A stretch of DNA of 64,000 bases from Amoebophrya sp. A120 (GCA_905178155.1 CAJINV010000003.1:8398764-8462763), one strand, 5' to 3'; numbered from the stretch's first letter, positions 1 to 13,461 are shown. Notes: generated by a model not told the origin, from the letters alone. Program-made: numbers and translations.

Positions 1-920
1 TGCCTGCGCCGTGCCGTCGGTCCTAAATTAGGACCGATGGGGCGCTGGCTCTATAAAATAATACGCATATGGGAGGGACTAGAAGCAAAGATGGTGCTTC
101 AGCTCCGCACGTTCCCGCTCGTGCATAGATAAGAACACTACTGCAGCGACCTGTTGCTGTGTTTTGGGATGAATCAGAGTTGGACGTAGTAGCCTCCTCG
201 GAGTTTCTCGTTGACCACCACAGTCGTGTCGCTCTCCAGCTTCCAACCTGCAGTAGGGTGATTGGACGAATCAGAATTGAAGCTTCTCCTCCAGATGTTC
301 CCGCTCTCTATAAAATGCTGTTCTTATCCCTCCTCTCCGTGCATAGATAAGAACACCATTTTCAGGTCGTTACAAACATGTTCTTATCTATGCACCAAAT
401 GGAGGATAAGAACAGCATTTTTCGAGAACGGGAACATTTGGCGCAGAAGCTTCAATTCTGCTTCGTGCCAAACACCAGTTTCAGGTCGTTACAAACATGT
501 TCTTATCTATGCATGGCGTGGAGGATAAGAACAGCAGAAAACGAGACCGGGAACATCTGGCGCAGAAGCTCCAATTCTGCTTCGTGCCAAAACATCAATG
601 CCAGGTCGTCGGGTTCGCGAGTACGTCGGGCTCGAGTACGTCGGGCTCAGGGCCGCGGAAAAGATGCCCGCCTGCAGCGCCGGATGGGTGTGTTGTGAGT
701 GCCCGCGGGGCGCGTCGATCTGCGCAGTGGGGGGGCCTCTTTAGTCTATGTCTAGGCTCGCCGGGGTGCTAGCGTGCCAGCCTGTTGGTTTCTCTAGAAA
801 GACGCCTGGGCCGCGTGGAAAAACCCACCAGGGAAGGCAACAGCACTCCTACGCAGGCGCGACCATAAAAGCTGCAGCGCCTGCGTTGGCGCAAAAAAAA
901 GGGCAAATCCCGACGGTATG
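1..920. mobile_element. Non-autonomous TIR element (TATAGAGA-end family), copy 1; left end lies before the window, interrupted at 920 and resumed at 11085-11141
   Basis: 1-385 matches 14515-14926. The right end GAAGATCACCTACTTCGTCTCTATA (to 11141) is the reverse complement of the left end of copy 2 at 14097. Many internal GATAAGAAC/GTTCTTATC motifs and a ~119-bp tandem duplication (361-595). Confidence 0.75.
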
Positions 921-1557
921 TATGGGATCGTTTCAACGATTAATTTAAAAAAAATTAATTTTTGCTTATTCAAGGTGTTATATAAAATGAAAATCATCAG
1001 AAGGTGATGTGGAAACTGCCGTCGTCGCGGGCCTCCTAGATGAACGTCGCCGGATTGTGTTTTGTTTATGGTAATGAAATAGCTAGACACGTCCCAACTT
1101 AAGCTAGTTAAGAGGATATGTAGTTGAACAAGGTTTAAAAATGCATTAGAAGAAGGAAGCTTGGCTCCGTCTTTGCGGCCCACAAGCTGGACGTCTGCGT
1201 GGTCCCTCGCTCTCCGGCCCGTCTGGGGCCCCGTCACGTAGCGCGGCGGCAGGACCGCTGCGAAGTAGTACCTGAGAGGTAAGTTCTGTAGGGTATTTCA
1301 ACATGTCTGGCTACTACGACTGTGTCATCGGTTCATATTGGGCCGCGTGCTATATCCTTCGGCTAATCCCTCTGAAATAACACCTTAAAGGTGGTCGGTT
1401 GACAGAAGGCACGACGCTTTCGAGTTCTAGCGGGCGACGCCCTCCTGATATACTGCCCAAACTGCAATGCAGGTCCCTTAGAAAATCGACCCAAATAGTA
1501 CCCCCAAAAGGTGCAGTTTTGCAGACCTCAGCTACAAGGTCTAATCAAGAGCGCTAA

Positions 1558-2953
1558 ATGGGAGACATACCGCACGACATAGAGGATAGAGGCAAGGATC
1601 GGGTTGAAGCCCTTCTGTCGCCGCACTTTGAAGTAGTATGGATTTGCGAGACATCCGCAGATCTGGCCATACGGCCCCTAAAGTCGGGCTCCCAAGAGGA
1701 TCGATACCTCCGCATTCAGCTAAAGTTTAATGAGGAGGCATTCGACAGCTGGACCAGACACCTGCAGGCCGTTATCGGGAACAACCGCCACAAATATCAT
1801 GACATGGTGGTGCTATGTCTATCTACGTCGATGCCTCAAATGGCGCGAGCCATCGAGGTTCATCGCGCCCGCAGTCTTCAATCGCGGGCTTTTAGCATCG
1901 AAAATTGGGCGCCTGAAGCCGAAGCCGTTAGTATGCTGAAAGAGCTGCACAAAAATGGGCGCGGCTGTTGCTTAGAAGACGCGGAGTTTTGCTCTATATC
2001 ACACGCGGGTCGCCTCATTGAATATGAGGCGCGCAAAGCTTTTAAGAACGCCATTAAGGGCAGCGATATCGGCATCGCTCCGGCTGGAAGAGCCGAGTTT
2101 GGCGTTGTGGACTACATCCTCCGCATAAGAGGGCGCACAAGACCATTGCGGGTCCAGGAAAAGGTCCTGAAAGTAAAGAAGAAAGGCGACAAGTCCCTTG
2201 GGTTTCGCGTTTCTATGACACGGTAAAGAGGCGGCTAAGCAGTTGTTTAGGCGGCTTTTTCTAGTATTCCACTAATGTAGGCGAATATAGCACGCGGCAA
2301 ATCAATTCTAACATTGATGTGAATCCATGCGAAAGCGTAATGAAAAACAATACCAAATAAACAACCTCCAACACAGGGCAAACGGCGAGTCGTATCGAGA
2401 AGAGGACGCGGATCTCCTGCTGTTGCACCTCCGAAAGAAACCCGAGCACCCAGATCAGCTGCATGGCACGATGGCGGTCTCATTTGCGGAGCTGGCTGCC
2501 CATGATTTCGTTCTTTCGAAAGACCCGCAGAAGCGGTGCGCTTTTTGTAGTTTTGCCCGCATTGTGGTGGCCATTTTTTTGAAGTTTTACTACAGTCTTT
2601 TTTCACCATGCTGCAAGTGCGTTGTGCCTGTACTATGGGCAAAGAACAGCAAAGTTGGCTATATAGAGTTTCAGCACCTCAGTAGTTGCAGTAGGAGCGT
2701 AAAGTGCATGAAGCTGGGGCCTGTTTCTACCACTCTCGGGGTCCTGTTGAGATGGTTAACAAAGTGCTAATAATACGCATTACAAATCAGGTCCAAGCAG
2801 ACTGTCAAAACGATGCTGAACGTGTACCCAGAGCACCCCGATACAGCTACACCTCGAGCCGAGAACTGGGTGGAGCGAACGCTACGAAGTGCTGACAAGA
2901 AGACCTTCGGAAACGACCTTGCTACGGTCATCAAGGCGAAGCGGTTTAATTGA
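1558..2953 (+). CDS. Three-exon protein with two tandem PD-(D/E)XK-like nuclease motifs (transposon cargo)
   Basis: Exons 1558-2222, 2377-2535, 2791-2953 join in frame through GT-AG introns. Motifs E..ADLAIRP..LRIQLK and E..VDYIL..LRVQEK..YREEDADLLL resemble the D-(x)n-QxK variant of the fold. Function is inferred from motifs only. Confidence 0.65.
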
Positions 2954-3380
2954 TTTTCGTATTGAAACAAAGAAAAGCTCGAAGGAGTTCTCTGAAACCA
3001 GTGCTGATATTTGGTTTGGTTTGCTAGAAAAATTGTTTCACTTTTGCCTGTAATTTCTTAGATTTTCTCTTGGTTTGTTTCACTCTCTAGCAGAAGAGCC
3101 AAAGAGCAGTTTTGGAATAGGAGTTCTAGTGCTTTTTGTAAGGGACCATTGCTAATTTATCTCATTCTTTTTCATTCTGAGTGTAACCAAAATTGTTGAT
3201 CGATCTGTCTTGCTTTTAGTACTTCATTTTTGTTGCGAACGCACACAGCTGCTCTGTTTTGTTTGGTAAGGGAAGCGAATAGTTAAGCTATAGTTCTAAA
3301 GAGAAACGACAAATTTCCGTCGTGAAACACAAAAAAAGTTCGCGGCCAAAATTTTCAAAATACAACAGGACACAGTAGTG

Positions 3381-6300
3381 CTAGTAGAAATCATCATCGT
3401 CAGCATCATACATGACATCATCTTCTTCTTCATCTTCCTTCTGAAAAACAAAACCACCAAAGACTTCCACTTGCGGCTCGCGGTCGATCTTGTACGACAG
3501 GTGTTTCTCGTCGTAGTTGAACTCGTCGGTGATTGTGCTGTAAAACTGCGGAATCATCTTCTCAAGCAGAATAGAATCCGCCCAAGGTAAGGAGGGGGAC
3601 TGCGCTGCATTTTTCGCGACATGATTATTCAACCACACCAGGCGGATACGACGATCGCGCCCCTTGTTCAAGTTGTACGAGCGCAGCTCTACTACCGGAG
3701 TTTTTTTGTGGTACACCGTAACCACCGCAGCAGGCTGGAAGCGCTGGCCTTCGTCGCGCAACTTTTTCATTGCGTTCTCAACGGCCTTCTCGTCGACCTT
3801 CTTGTTCATTTTCCGCTTCTTTACGCCGGCATTTTCGATCTTGAACTGCTGCACACTCGGCTGCGCGAACCCCTCCTCGCAGTTCCTCCTGGCGTTGATG
3901 AGATTCAGGTGCAATTCTAGCAGTTTCTCCTTGTCGTCGGTATGTAACAGAGTGCAGAACAGCTTGGAGCGTTCCAGCGGCTTCAAGGTGAACCACTGCT
4001 CATTCGTCAACGAAAGCCGGTCGTCATTGATGAACCAGTTCACCAATTCCAGCTGCTCATTTGTTGGTGTTCCGGGAAAGGCGCGGATCATGTTATCGGA
4101 CGAACCGCACTGGATGTTGCTATTGAGATCAATTCGCAGACGACCGCGGTTCATAGTAGTGGTTGCCTTCGCATTGGACTGGAAGATGTCAACTTCTACC
4201 AACAACCCGCCCCAGATGTCGTGCTGTTCCGGTTTGTCGGGGTATTGCAAAAACCGCTCATGCTCCACTTCTTCGTCTTCCTCATCTTCGGGCGGTAGTA
4301 ACAAATTATTGTTAGTCTTTTTCTGCACGACGACCTCGCGCTGCACTTTGACCGCCTGAACAAGCCCCAAAAGCTGGTCGTACTTGACGATCTGATACAA
4401 GGTGCTGGATCCGGGGATCTGGATCAACACGAAGTGGCCTTTATCGAGCCGAGCTTTGATCTTTTCGGTATCGCCGATGCGCTTGGACAACTTGCGGAGC
4501 ATGTCCATGTGTTTGGGATTGATGCGGACCGACGCTAACATCTCTGCAGCACGATAACCCAGATTTTCTCCTTTTCTGGTCTTCGACTTCCTGTAGATGT
4601 CCGGTAGTTGGGAGAAGATCGGCTTCTTTTTGGCGTACTCACTGGAACAGCTCTCCTGCAGAAGAGCAACTTCGCTTCGCAGTTTGCCGGAATCGAGCGA
4701 CTCCTTCTTCCGCACATTCTGGCGCGACGGGTGGATGTTATTATCGACGTCGCCAGTGAACTCAGAGGCCGCGGAATCGATGGAGAGGGCAAAGTCCAGG
4801 CCTTTTTTGTTCTTCCAGGTCGGATACCGGGTTCCGCGGTCGGATTTCAGCAATCGTTCTCGTTGCATGGAGAAGTTGCTGCCCTTCACCCGCACCCTGA
4901 TGTCGTTTTGTCTCCATTTTTCGCAGTGGGCCGTCTCCAATTCTATCTCGGAGATGGGCTTATTTTCGTGGTTTCCCAGCACGTACTTTTTGGCCACATC
5001 TAAATAGTCGTCGTCGATCAACTCGGCCATAGCCGCGGCAAAGACGCCAGCATCGTAGGACAAAGCACTGAGGTGGTCCAGCAGCGAGTGCTCCTGCAGC
5101 CAGCCAACGTCGAAAAACTGTTTCTGGGTGCACAGCATTGTTTCCCACAGTCCAAATTGGGGATCCGCGAGTTCAAACAACGCGAAGTCCACCAATTGCG
5201 GCAACGTCTTCTGACACTCGGTGATGCCAAACGTTCCGTACTTTCCAGCGACCGTCGTTGCGTCGTTTATGGAGCGGAGGTGCGTCAAGAACCTGCACTG
5301 CGCTAATTTCGTGTTGATTTCGTCCGTCGGCGGAGCCGGACTACCGGTGGGATAATCGTGGCACAAGTGGTAGGAGAGGCGTTCCGCGACCTCCTCGGAC
5401 ATTTCTTCATCCGGGCCGCACTTGGACATGCGGTATGGTACTAAAAACAGATCTAGTGCCACTACTGGTCAAGATTCGATTTAGCATGACAAAAAAGTAC
5501 TTCTGGACCAATAGTAGCACTAGATGCGTTTTTGTTCGATATGTTTTGCAGCATGACCTGCAGGTCCTGGTTGTTCGAAGCAAGCTCGATACAGCAGTCC
5601 TCCGCGCCATCCACCAGTTCCTCCTTCAACAACTTCTGCAAATGCCGCGGATCGCCAGGGTAAAATTTGTCATCCTCCGAATCCGAGGAAATACCGTCTC
5701 CATCGCCGCCTTTTTGCTTCTTTTTCTGCGACTCGTCATCCGCTGACAACTGTTTGACCTTGGAGAGGAACAAAAGCAACCGCTTTTTGTACTTTTTGAG
5801 GAACTTGCTGGTATACCAGTCCCTGTGCCACCTCGTATCCACGGAGCTTTGGAGTGGTATATCTGATGAGTTTTCAAATATTGAGTTACACAGTGGGAGT
5901 TCCTCACTTTCTTTTAGAGCTGCAAGATCGCGATTAATTAGACGTCCAGAGACGTCGAAAAAGAGGTGTATTTTCCGCGATATGGAAATGGATTTATCAA
6001 GTGGGAGGAGCTCAAGTTAATGACGTCTCTGGGGACGTCTCTGGGAGACGTCCAAAATGCTCATTTTTTGCATCAAAATGAGGCTCGTCAAAAGTTGACG
6101 CTTTTCCTTATGAAAAAGCTATGTTTTAATATACTTTTTCCCAACATATCCGCAGCATTGCCTTCTCCACCGTTCTGCTCGCGATACTCCTGCAAGGCCT
6201 CATTGAAGTCCGCGTCGGTTGGCATCGCCTTCTCCGGGTCCAGGATATCGGCCAGCAGCTCCTCTCTGCACGTGTGGATTTCCCCCATGTATCTCCGGCT

Positions 6301-7821
6301 TCCGAAGGGGGCGCGGAGGAGGGCCCGGATCGCCCTGACGACGTTCTCCATACCAAGGCGTTTGGTATTAGAACTGTTACTGCCGCGATGACAGACTCCA
6401 GCTTGGTATGTGCAAGGGATGATGGTCGACAAAACCTGCCAATTCACCTGTTCCCAACCGGCCTGGTCCGTCAATAAGTTGAGGACTTTGTTCTCGGCCT
6501 GCCGCCACTTCCTGCTGGAGCCAGTTCCTGCTGCCAGTAGCTCGTCGAGGAGATCATTTCCGAGCAGATCCGCGATCGTCTCGAGTGTCCATTCACCGCA
6601 TTGTCTGCTTTTCGCCTTGTTCTTCAGGTTCTCTTTGGTAGATGCAGTTGTTGCGCCAACAGCTGTTCTGGTCACTGGAATCGGCGTCGCCTCAAGGTAT
6701 TCACCGCTCAAAAAATTCGAACTTTCCTCCATGTTGTAGACCTGTGTTCACGTTGCGGGAAGATGGTTGTGATTTAGTTGTTTTCATGCAGCCACATCAA
6801 CATCAAAACAGGTTACTACCGTGAGGACTTTTGTGCTGTATTTCCGCCTCGATGTGTCGTCGTGTGCGAGGGTGAAAAACAAATTCGATTTCCGCGGCTC
6901 TATCCCGAGAAGACGACTCCACTTCGGTTCGTGCAAGCTTTTCAGGCGGCATCGCAGTGCAAACATCCGGCGCAATACCCAAGCCTGCGATTGAAGGTAA
7001 TCGCAATAAGAAGAAACTTTGCAATTCAAACAGGCATGTGTGTAACACCAGTAGACGCAAATTAGCAAACTACGTACCAGCTGCATGTTTTCGGGGCACA
7101 GATGCGCTTTTTGTTTACCACTTTCCATGGTTGAGTCGAGAGCTGCAGAGATTGTGTTAGTCATGGTATCAACGCTCATTCCATTCCAGATAACGGGAAA
7201 CTGCACGCTGCCCATGTTGGACTGATTCAGCTTGTCTTTCCAGTGTTGGAGATTACCCTTCTTCAGACAATCCCACGCCATGTACGCAACCTGCGATTAT
7301 TGGTTCAACACGATCAGACGACAAATGACGACGCAAGCACCACACGACAAACGATGTTGGGAAACGAAAATAAACTGTACGAAGCACGCCACGCTGCAGG
7401 TCGCGTCGATTGGTCCTGGATCTGAAGACCCGATCTCATTACCAAAGTGTCTTGCGATTCCGGCGTTCCGCTTGAAGTTTGTCTTATCAGGTGCGTGAGC
7501 TCTCAAATTGACTGCCTTTCCATCACTTGCGACAAGTGGGTTGAACAAGCCTATACCGGCTTTTGTTGTATTTGCGAGTTGCCACATTCTGAACAACCTA
7601 CTAATGAACGGGAAATAATCTTCACTACAGGGTCCTGCTTTGGATGAATTAGCGGTTTGGATGAGTGGCAGTTTGACGTTTTTGGCCACGAAAGCGACAC
7701 GAATAAACGACCGATTTGATGCTTGCGCTCAACACTCATCCGAAAGCCGTTCAGTTTTGGTATTTTCTCTTTGCAAATACCGATAGCATTCTCTGTTTTT
7801 TTGATTTTTCAATCGAAACAT
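3381..7821 (-). CDS. Multi-exon hAT-like DDE transposase; 5' end uncertain, possible in-frame TGA near 7730
   Basis: Spliced ORF segments give, in hAT order: FTLAHDDTS (D1, ~6850), LLTDQAG (D2, ~6468), GVCHR (CxxH-like, ~6390), DTRWH (TRW motif, ~5832), QRERLLKS (E, ~4857), then a long C-terminal extension. Candidate GT-AG introns join the segments in frame. Lies between the TIRs. Confidence 0.7.
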
Positions 7822-8020
7822 GAATTTTGTGCTTTCCCTATATTTGAATATGTACTGACTCAACATGTAGTTCGAAATTTTTCGTTTCACAAACCCGTGT
7901 GTAACAACTACTGTTCAAGCAAACCTATTGCTTCTATGACAGAGCCTCGATGTAGCGACTATAGTCGTATATGATTTTCTTCTGAAAACACGAAACTACA
8001 AGTCGGATATTGACATGAAA

Positions 8021-10064
8021 TCAGATGCTGAACTCGCCGTAGAAAGTGGAATGAAACCAAACAACACAGTCTACTAAATCGCTCAACAATCTGAAAAACA
8101 ACATAAATCTAGTCGTTTTGTTGAAAGATTCCAACTCTAAAACAACTAAAACACTTAAGTCAGGATTTGCTGCAATACGAGTATTGAGAATCGACCGATT
8201 TAACAAAAGAATCTACAATTTCTTCATGGGCTTCTTAGCGTCCTTCGAGGAAGTCTTTTTGTCCTCATTTTCATCTTCCATCTCTTCCTCCTCCACGATC
8301 TGCTTCGAGCCCTTCTTGGCGGTGGAGGAAGAAGCGGTGGACTTCATGGCCTTTTTCATCGCGCCCTTCTTGTCCTCCTCCTCGGACTCCTTGTTCTCCA
8401 GCTCCGCGAAGGCGGCCTTCTCCTTCTCTTCGGCCTCCTTTTTCTCCTTCCGCAACTGCGCCGCAGATTTCGGCGGCGGCGGGGGCATCGCGATCACGGG
8501 CTCCTTGTTCGCGGGGGACTTGCCGTTCTTACCCGTCTTGTTCGCCTTGGCAGAGGACGGGTTCTCCTGGGTCTCACCGTCGGTCTCGATCGCGGACTTC
8601 GAGCCCTTCTTGGACGGCACGTTGGCCGGCGATTTCTCCTCGTCGGAAGACTGGTTCTTCTTCTTGTCACGGGACGATCCGGCGGTGGGATCGCCCTCAG
8701 AGGGGGAGTTGCCCTCGGTTCCGGATCCCAATTTCTGTTTTGAGCATTAAATACATATAAAAACTACATGCAATTACATTTAGTTCTAGCATCACAAATG
8801 GCATGACAAATAGAAGAGTAACACCATCTTCTTGGCGAAGATTTCCTGCATCTCGACCTCGCGCTTGCGCTTCAGCTCGCGCTTGATGTCGAACTCCTTG
8901 AACATGGCCGCCATCTTTTCGCCCTTCACACCGCTGCGGTGCGCGAGGTACTTGTCGTTGGCGAACTTGGCCATCTCCGATTCCTGATATTAGAGTTTCA
9001 TTAGGATTACATACGAAAAAGCTTCAATTTCGCATCGCATGAGCAACAAAAAACCAGCATACCTTCATCTTCTTGGCACGCTTCTTGTACTCCTTGTCAT
9101 CGGAGTCCTCGGAAGAGTCGGACGTGGTCACGCGTCCGTTCTCCAAGGCGAAGACGGAGTCGCTGCTGTCCGAGTCAGAGTCGTAGTACTGCTTCGCGCG
9201 CGCCTTGCCCTTTTTCAAACCCTTCTTGAACTTCTTCTCCGCCTTCTTACGCTCCTTTTCGGCGTCGTAGTTCTGGATCTTCTCCTTCCACCACTCCGGC
9301 GCCTTCTCCTCGATGCAGTCCTCCACGGCGGCCCGCAGGGTAACACACCCTCGGGTTTCCGGAATCTGTTATTGATCCACAGTTATGTTACATTTCAATA
9401 TGTGAGTATCAAACACACCTCGAAATCAACTCAAAGACATCTAATCATGCAACAGGTCTAAACACATCTGTACGCTGCGGTCATCGCGTTCATCGCCGTA
9501 GATTTTGGCACCCTTCTTGGGCTTCCAGCACTTGCGCCAGAAGCGACGGCAGGCCTCGTTGTCCTGGAACTTGGGCTTCTAGATATGCTATGAAAATCTA
9601 CCTTGAAGATACGCTCATAAATGTCTGTCTGCATGACCTTGATTTACATGCCTATTTGCGACATCATTATAGTGCTATCAAGGTAGAGAATTTACCTCCA
9701 TATACAACACGCAGGGGAACATTACCGGCAGAAGACACCACGGTGGCAGACTCGGTGTTGTTCAAGTGGACGTACTCTGTTATTGTTTTAGAAATTGAAT
9801 TTGATATGATCTCTGCATGATACGCATCACAAGCAACTGCTCATAACATCATTTAAAACAACAAAATATACTGGTGCAGTCGCGGCGCATGGCCACGTCC
9901 GGGACGGCGCTGACATGCTGAACGCCCATCTCTTTCGCCTCCGTGATCTTCAGCTGCGCAGTCATGTGCGTAATGACGTACTTGATCTCGGCGGCAGTCA
10001 ACTGCCCGGAACCCTGCATGGCCGTGTGAAACAGCTTCATAGGACCACCAGCAGTCTTCCCCAT
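8021..10064 (-). CDS. Multi-exon Lys/Glu-rich protein of unknown function (transposon cargo)
   Basis: GC3-rich exons at about 9872-10064, 9740-9777, 9470-9580, 9062-9365, 8826-8985, 8213-8735 and 8021-8050, separated by AT-rich GT-AG introns; starts MGKTAGGPMKLF. Exon limits approximate. Confidence 0.65.
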
Positions 10065-13000
10065 TTTGGTTTTGTTTGCACCACAAAGGCGGTGAGAAGT
10101 TGAAGAGTTGTAGAAAGACAACGAATTGTCTTAAAATCCCTACGGTTTTTTGATTGAAAGGAGATTGATGCGCAGCTTAGTTTCAATGTGTTTTTGGGAT
10201 GTGCTTTCAGCTGGTGATGATTGGCAATGATGAGTAGTAACAATCTAAACGCGACAATGACTGGCTCACAAACAACCCTTTGAAACAATATTACAGGCGC
10301 GCTTCCATGGAAGTACAACAAAGCAGAAAAAAACATCAACAGATCGTGACACAGTGAAGACCATCTCAAGCACAACCACAAAGAAAGAACAACAAAGCAC
10401 TCGTTTGGCTGGAGTACAAACACCATCACACCAGACTGCTCGCTCATTAGGTAAAAAAACTAGTATTCTCCCAGCTCATTCGCTGTGTCGCGTGTGCGCT
10501 GTGTTCGCTCCTAGCAGGTGACGTTTTTTACTTTATTCCTTTGTAACATAAAACAGAAGAGCCTCATATTAGTTGGTTTTTGATAGCGTTTCATATGCTC
10601 TAAGTATGCCTTTGTTCCGTCCGTTGAGGTGCGAGATCTCAATACTACAACACCACACATTTTCAGGTTTTAGCGCGCCAACTTCTTCTTGGGATGTATT
10701 CGAAAGCCATCATATTGCTGCATAAACTCCACCTGTCGAAACCAGCATAGCATCGTTGCTACGTGACGGGGCCCCAGCGAACCTCCGCGGCGATGCTTAC
10801 CTCTTCGTCATGCCATTCCGCCACCAAAACCTACCTGGCAGACGGCAATCAACACCATTCAGAAACATCTACAAATAAACCACTTTAACTAGCTTAAGTT
10901 GGGACGTGTCTAGCTACTTCCATTTCATATTACATTCAGAAGCTCCGGTTTTGACATCACCTTGGTGGTCGCAATCAGGATGGGAAACGGCGGTCCGGAC
11001 AGACGAAAATCGCGACGTGTTTCCTCTTGAATAAGCAAAAATTAATTTTTTTTAAATTAATCGTTGAAACGATCCCATAGTATGCTGCGAATTTCATTAG
11101 GGATAAGAACAGTGCTGAAGATCACCTACTTCGTCTCTATAAGACGCCGACGCGGTGCGCCAGGCGCAAGAGGCCGCGCGCGAAGACGAAGAGGAGGACA
11201 GCCCGTCTTCGAGGCGACCTGGTATGTTGTTTTACATTTCTTAGTATAGTTATTTTCTAGTCCAGTAGAGCTAAGTGCAGTGCATACCAGTGGAGCGACA
11301 CGCAGGAGTGAAAACGATGGCGATACGGCGGTGATTGGAGCAGCCTGGTCCTGCGGTAGCGCGGGGAGTACCGGGAACGAACGAGCAGCACGGGGGCGGA
11401 GCGAACGTGCCTGCGCCGACGCGGACTGTGGCTAGGCGGCGCCACAGGCGGTGGCACAACGAAGGTGCCCGTGCGGCAGCCTTTGGTCTTCTCTGCGCGA
11501 GCAGAAGAATTCTCTTTTGAAAACGGTCGCGCAGGTCCGCGCTCGGTTTTCAGATCGTTCCAAAGGAGACCTCTCGGACCCTGCATGCAGGATCGCGGCG
11601 AGGGCGTGCCCTGGTGTAAACGCACGCGCAGGACGTGCCACGTGCTGCGTCCTTAGGATCAAGCCGTGCGCCACAAACCCGTAAGGGGCACGTTACGGGC
11701 ATGCTACAGCAGCATGGCAGTCACTCACAGTAAATTGAGTGGCGACATTGGGGGAACGGGCAGGCCAGCCCGCGGCTACGTTCCTTCTGACCCAATGAGA
11801 GGCTGCAAATTTTCGCAGAGGTTGTTCCACCGGCTCCAAAGCCGCACGAAGAAGGTCGTAAAAGTCCGACACAGTCAGCACGAAGATCCTCAGTCTTTGC
11901 GCCTCGCGCCACAGCTTGCGGCAGCAGAGCACAGACGCAGATCGCAAGTAGGACAAACTTGCAATGCGTCTGCTACTTAGCACAGTAAAAGAGTTGTATA
12001 TCTCAGTAATCTACGAAAGTTCTGGCCCACAATGGCGGGGGCGCAGGATGCCGACGATTTCTTTCACGTTAAGAGCGAAGCTTTTGCGCTCCAGCCAACG
12101 CGTGCGGCGATCAATCACTTCGTACACACCGGACGCTTCGCGCGCAAAACCCTCAAGCTCACAACCGCAACCGGCTCCACGACCGGCAACGGGTGCCGCG
12201 AACGCCGCGGCGCCATCCAAGATGTCGGCTTCATCATCATCATCATCATCATCATCACGGGTTCCTGCTCCGCAGCAGCACCGGCAGCGTACGGGCAAGA
12301 GCCCGCGACGTCCTGGCACCAAGGCAAAGGTGACCAGCGGCGCAGTTCCGGTGAAGCAGCAGGCCCCGAAGCCTTCCGGGGGGTCGCGGCGGCATTTTTG
12401 AGGTTTTCGGCAAATCTGGGGCATTCGGCAAATCGGGCCACAGCAAGCAAGCTGCAGCTGCAGCCCGACACACAGATTTCGTTTTTTCCCGGTTGTGAAC
12501 TTAGCTCTACTGGACACTCCACCAATGAACAAGGTGGTGCGATGCGATTGCAAACAATAAGCGAATGATGAAACTGTTTCCCTGAAGATGCATGTTGGCG
12601 CGCTGTTGCCGCCCTTTGTCCTCCACGCTTGTGTGCTGTTCGCGTGGATCCCCTTCGGTTTTGTCATGGTGGCAAGACCTACTGATGAGAACAGATCAAA
12701 AATCTAAAACTAAAAGGCCGGGCGCAAGAGGCCGCGCGCGAAGACGAAGAGGACGGCGGCGAGCCTGAGGCACATGTTGACGAGGATGCTGCTCTTGTTG
12801 ATGAGAAGGGCATGGTGTCTTCGTCGGGGCCGCAAGCGCCCGGGAACCAGAGCGAGACGACGTCGACCAAGGTGGCGCTCTCGCAGAAGTCTAACTCAAG
12901 GGATCGAACGTCGGAGCAGCTGGAACTGGTACCAGGTGGAGGCCCTCGTGTAGTACGGAGATTACCACGCGGACGCATTTCGACAGCACAGGTTTCGAGC

Positions 13001-13461
13001 GTGGATAAGATGGCAGTAGACACGTGGATGGCGCAGAACCATTTTTGGACGGACACCGCTATCCCACAGAAAAGTACTTCCATAGTATGAGACGACCAAA
13101 GTTGAAAATGAAGTTGTCGTGCTCGCAAATTGATGGCGCCCCTTAGTAGAGCGCTAACCCTAACTCTGTAGTGCGGGGAGCACGAGGACGCGACCAAGAG
13201 AGGAAATGTTCTTTCTTGCAGAGTGCTATTTGTACGCAGAATTGTATATGTGTCTGTGTCTTCAGCGATAATGACTAAAAGTAGTACAAAGTTCTTGCTG
13301 TTGGGAGCAGAAGCGCAATTTTATATTATAAAGCTGCAAAACCAACACCAACATCAACACAGAAATTGTATTTTTTCTTGTTTTCTGATGCTATCTAGAT
13401 GTAGATCCACTGTTGGTGGTGCTATGTGTGTACTACGTCTCTGTAGGATAGCCGCTTACAG

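Larger units (their letters stand above)
921..11079. mobile_element. Complete 10,159-bp DNA transposon, hAT-like, with 5-bp TSD
   Basis: Perfect 54-bp TIRs 921-974 / 11026-11079; second perfect 32-bp inverted pair 1080-1111 / 10885-10916; GTATG at 916-920 and 11080-11084; an uninterrupted homologue of the target site lies inverted at ~14112-14170. Confidence 0.95.

Noticed and set aside
7150-7540. SDGKAVN or SVDTMTN as catalytic aspartates
   Set aside because: They lie upstream of FTLAHDDTS, which fits the first-Asp consensus and spacing better.
921-11079. Polinton/Maverick or virophage (large TIR element, 5-6-bp TSD)
   Set aside because: No pPolB, rve integrase, packaging ATPase or capsid motifs recognised; motif order fits hAT.
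11200-13200. Coding genes
   Set aside because: Short low-complexity ORFs on both strands with no motifs; only a (CAT)n run and a 33-bp repeat (11163/12721) are supportable.
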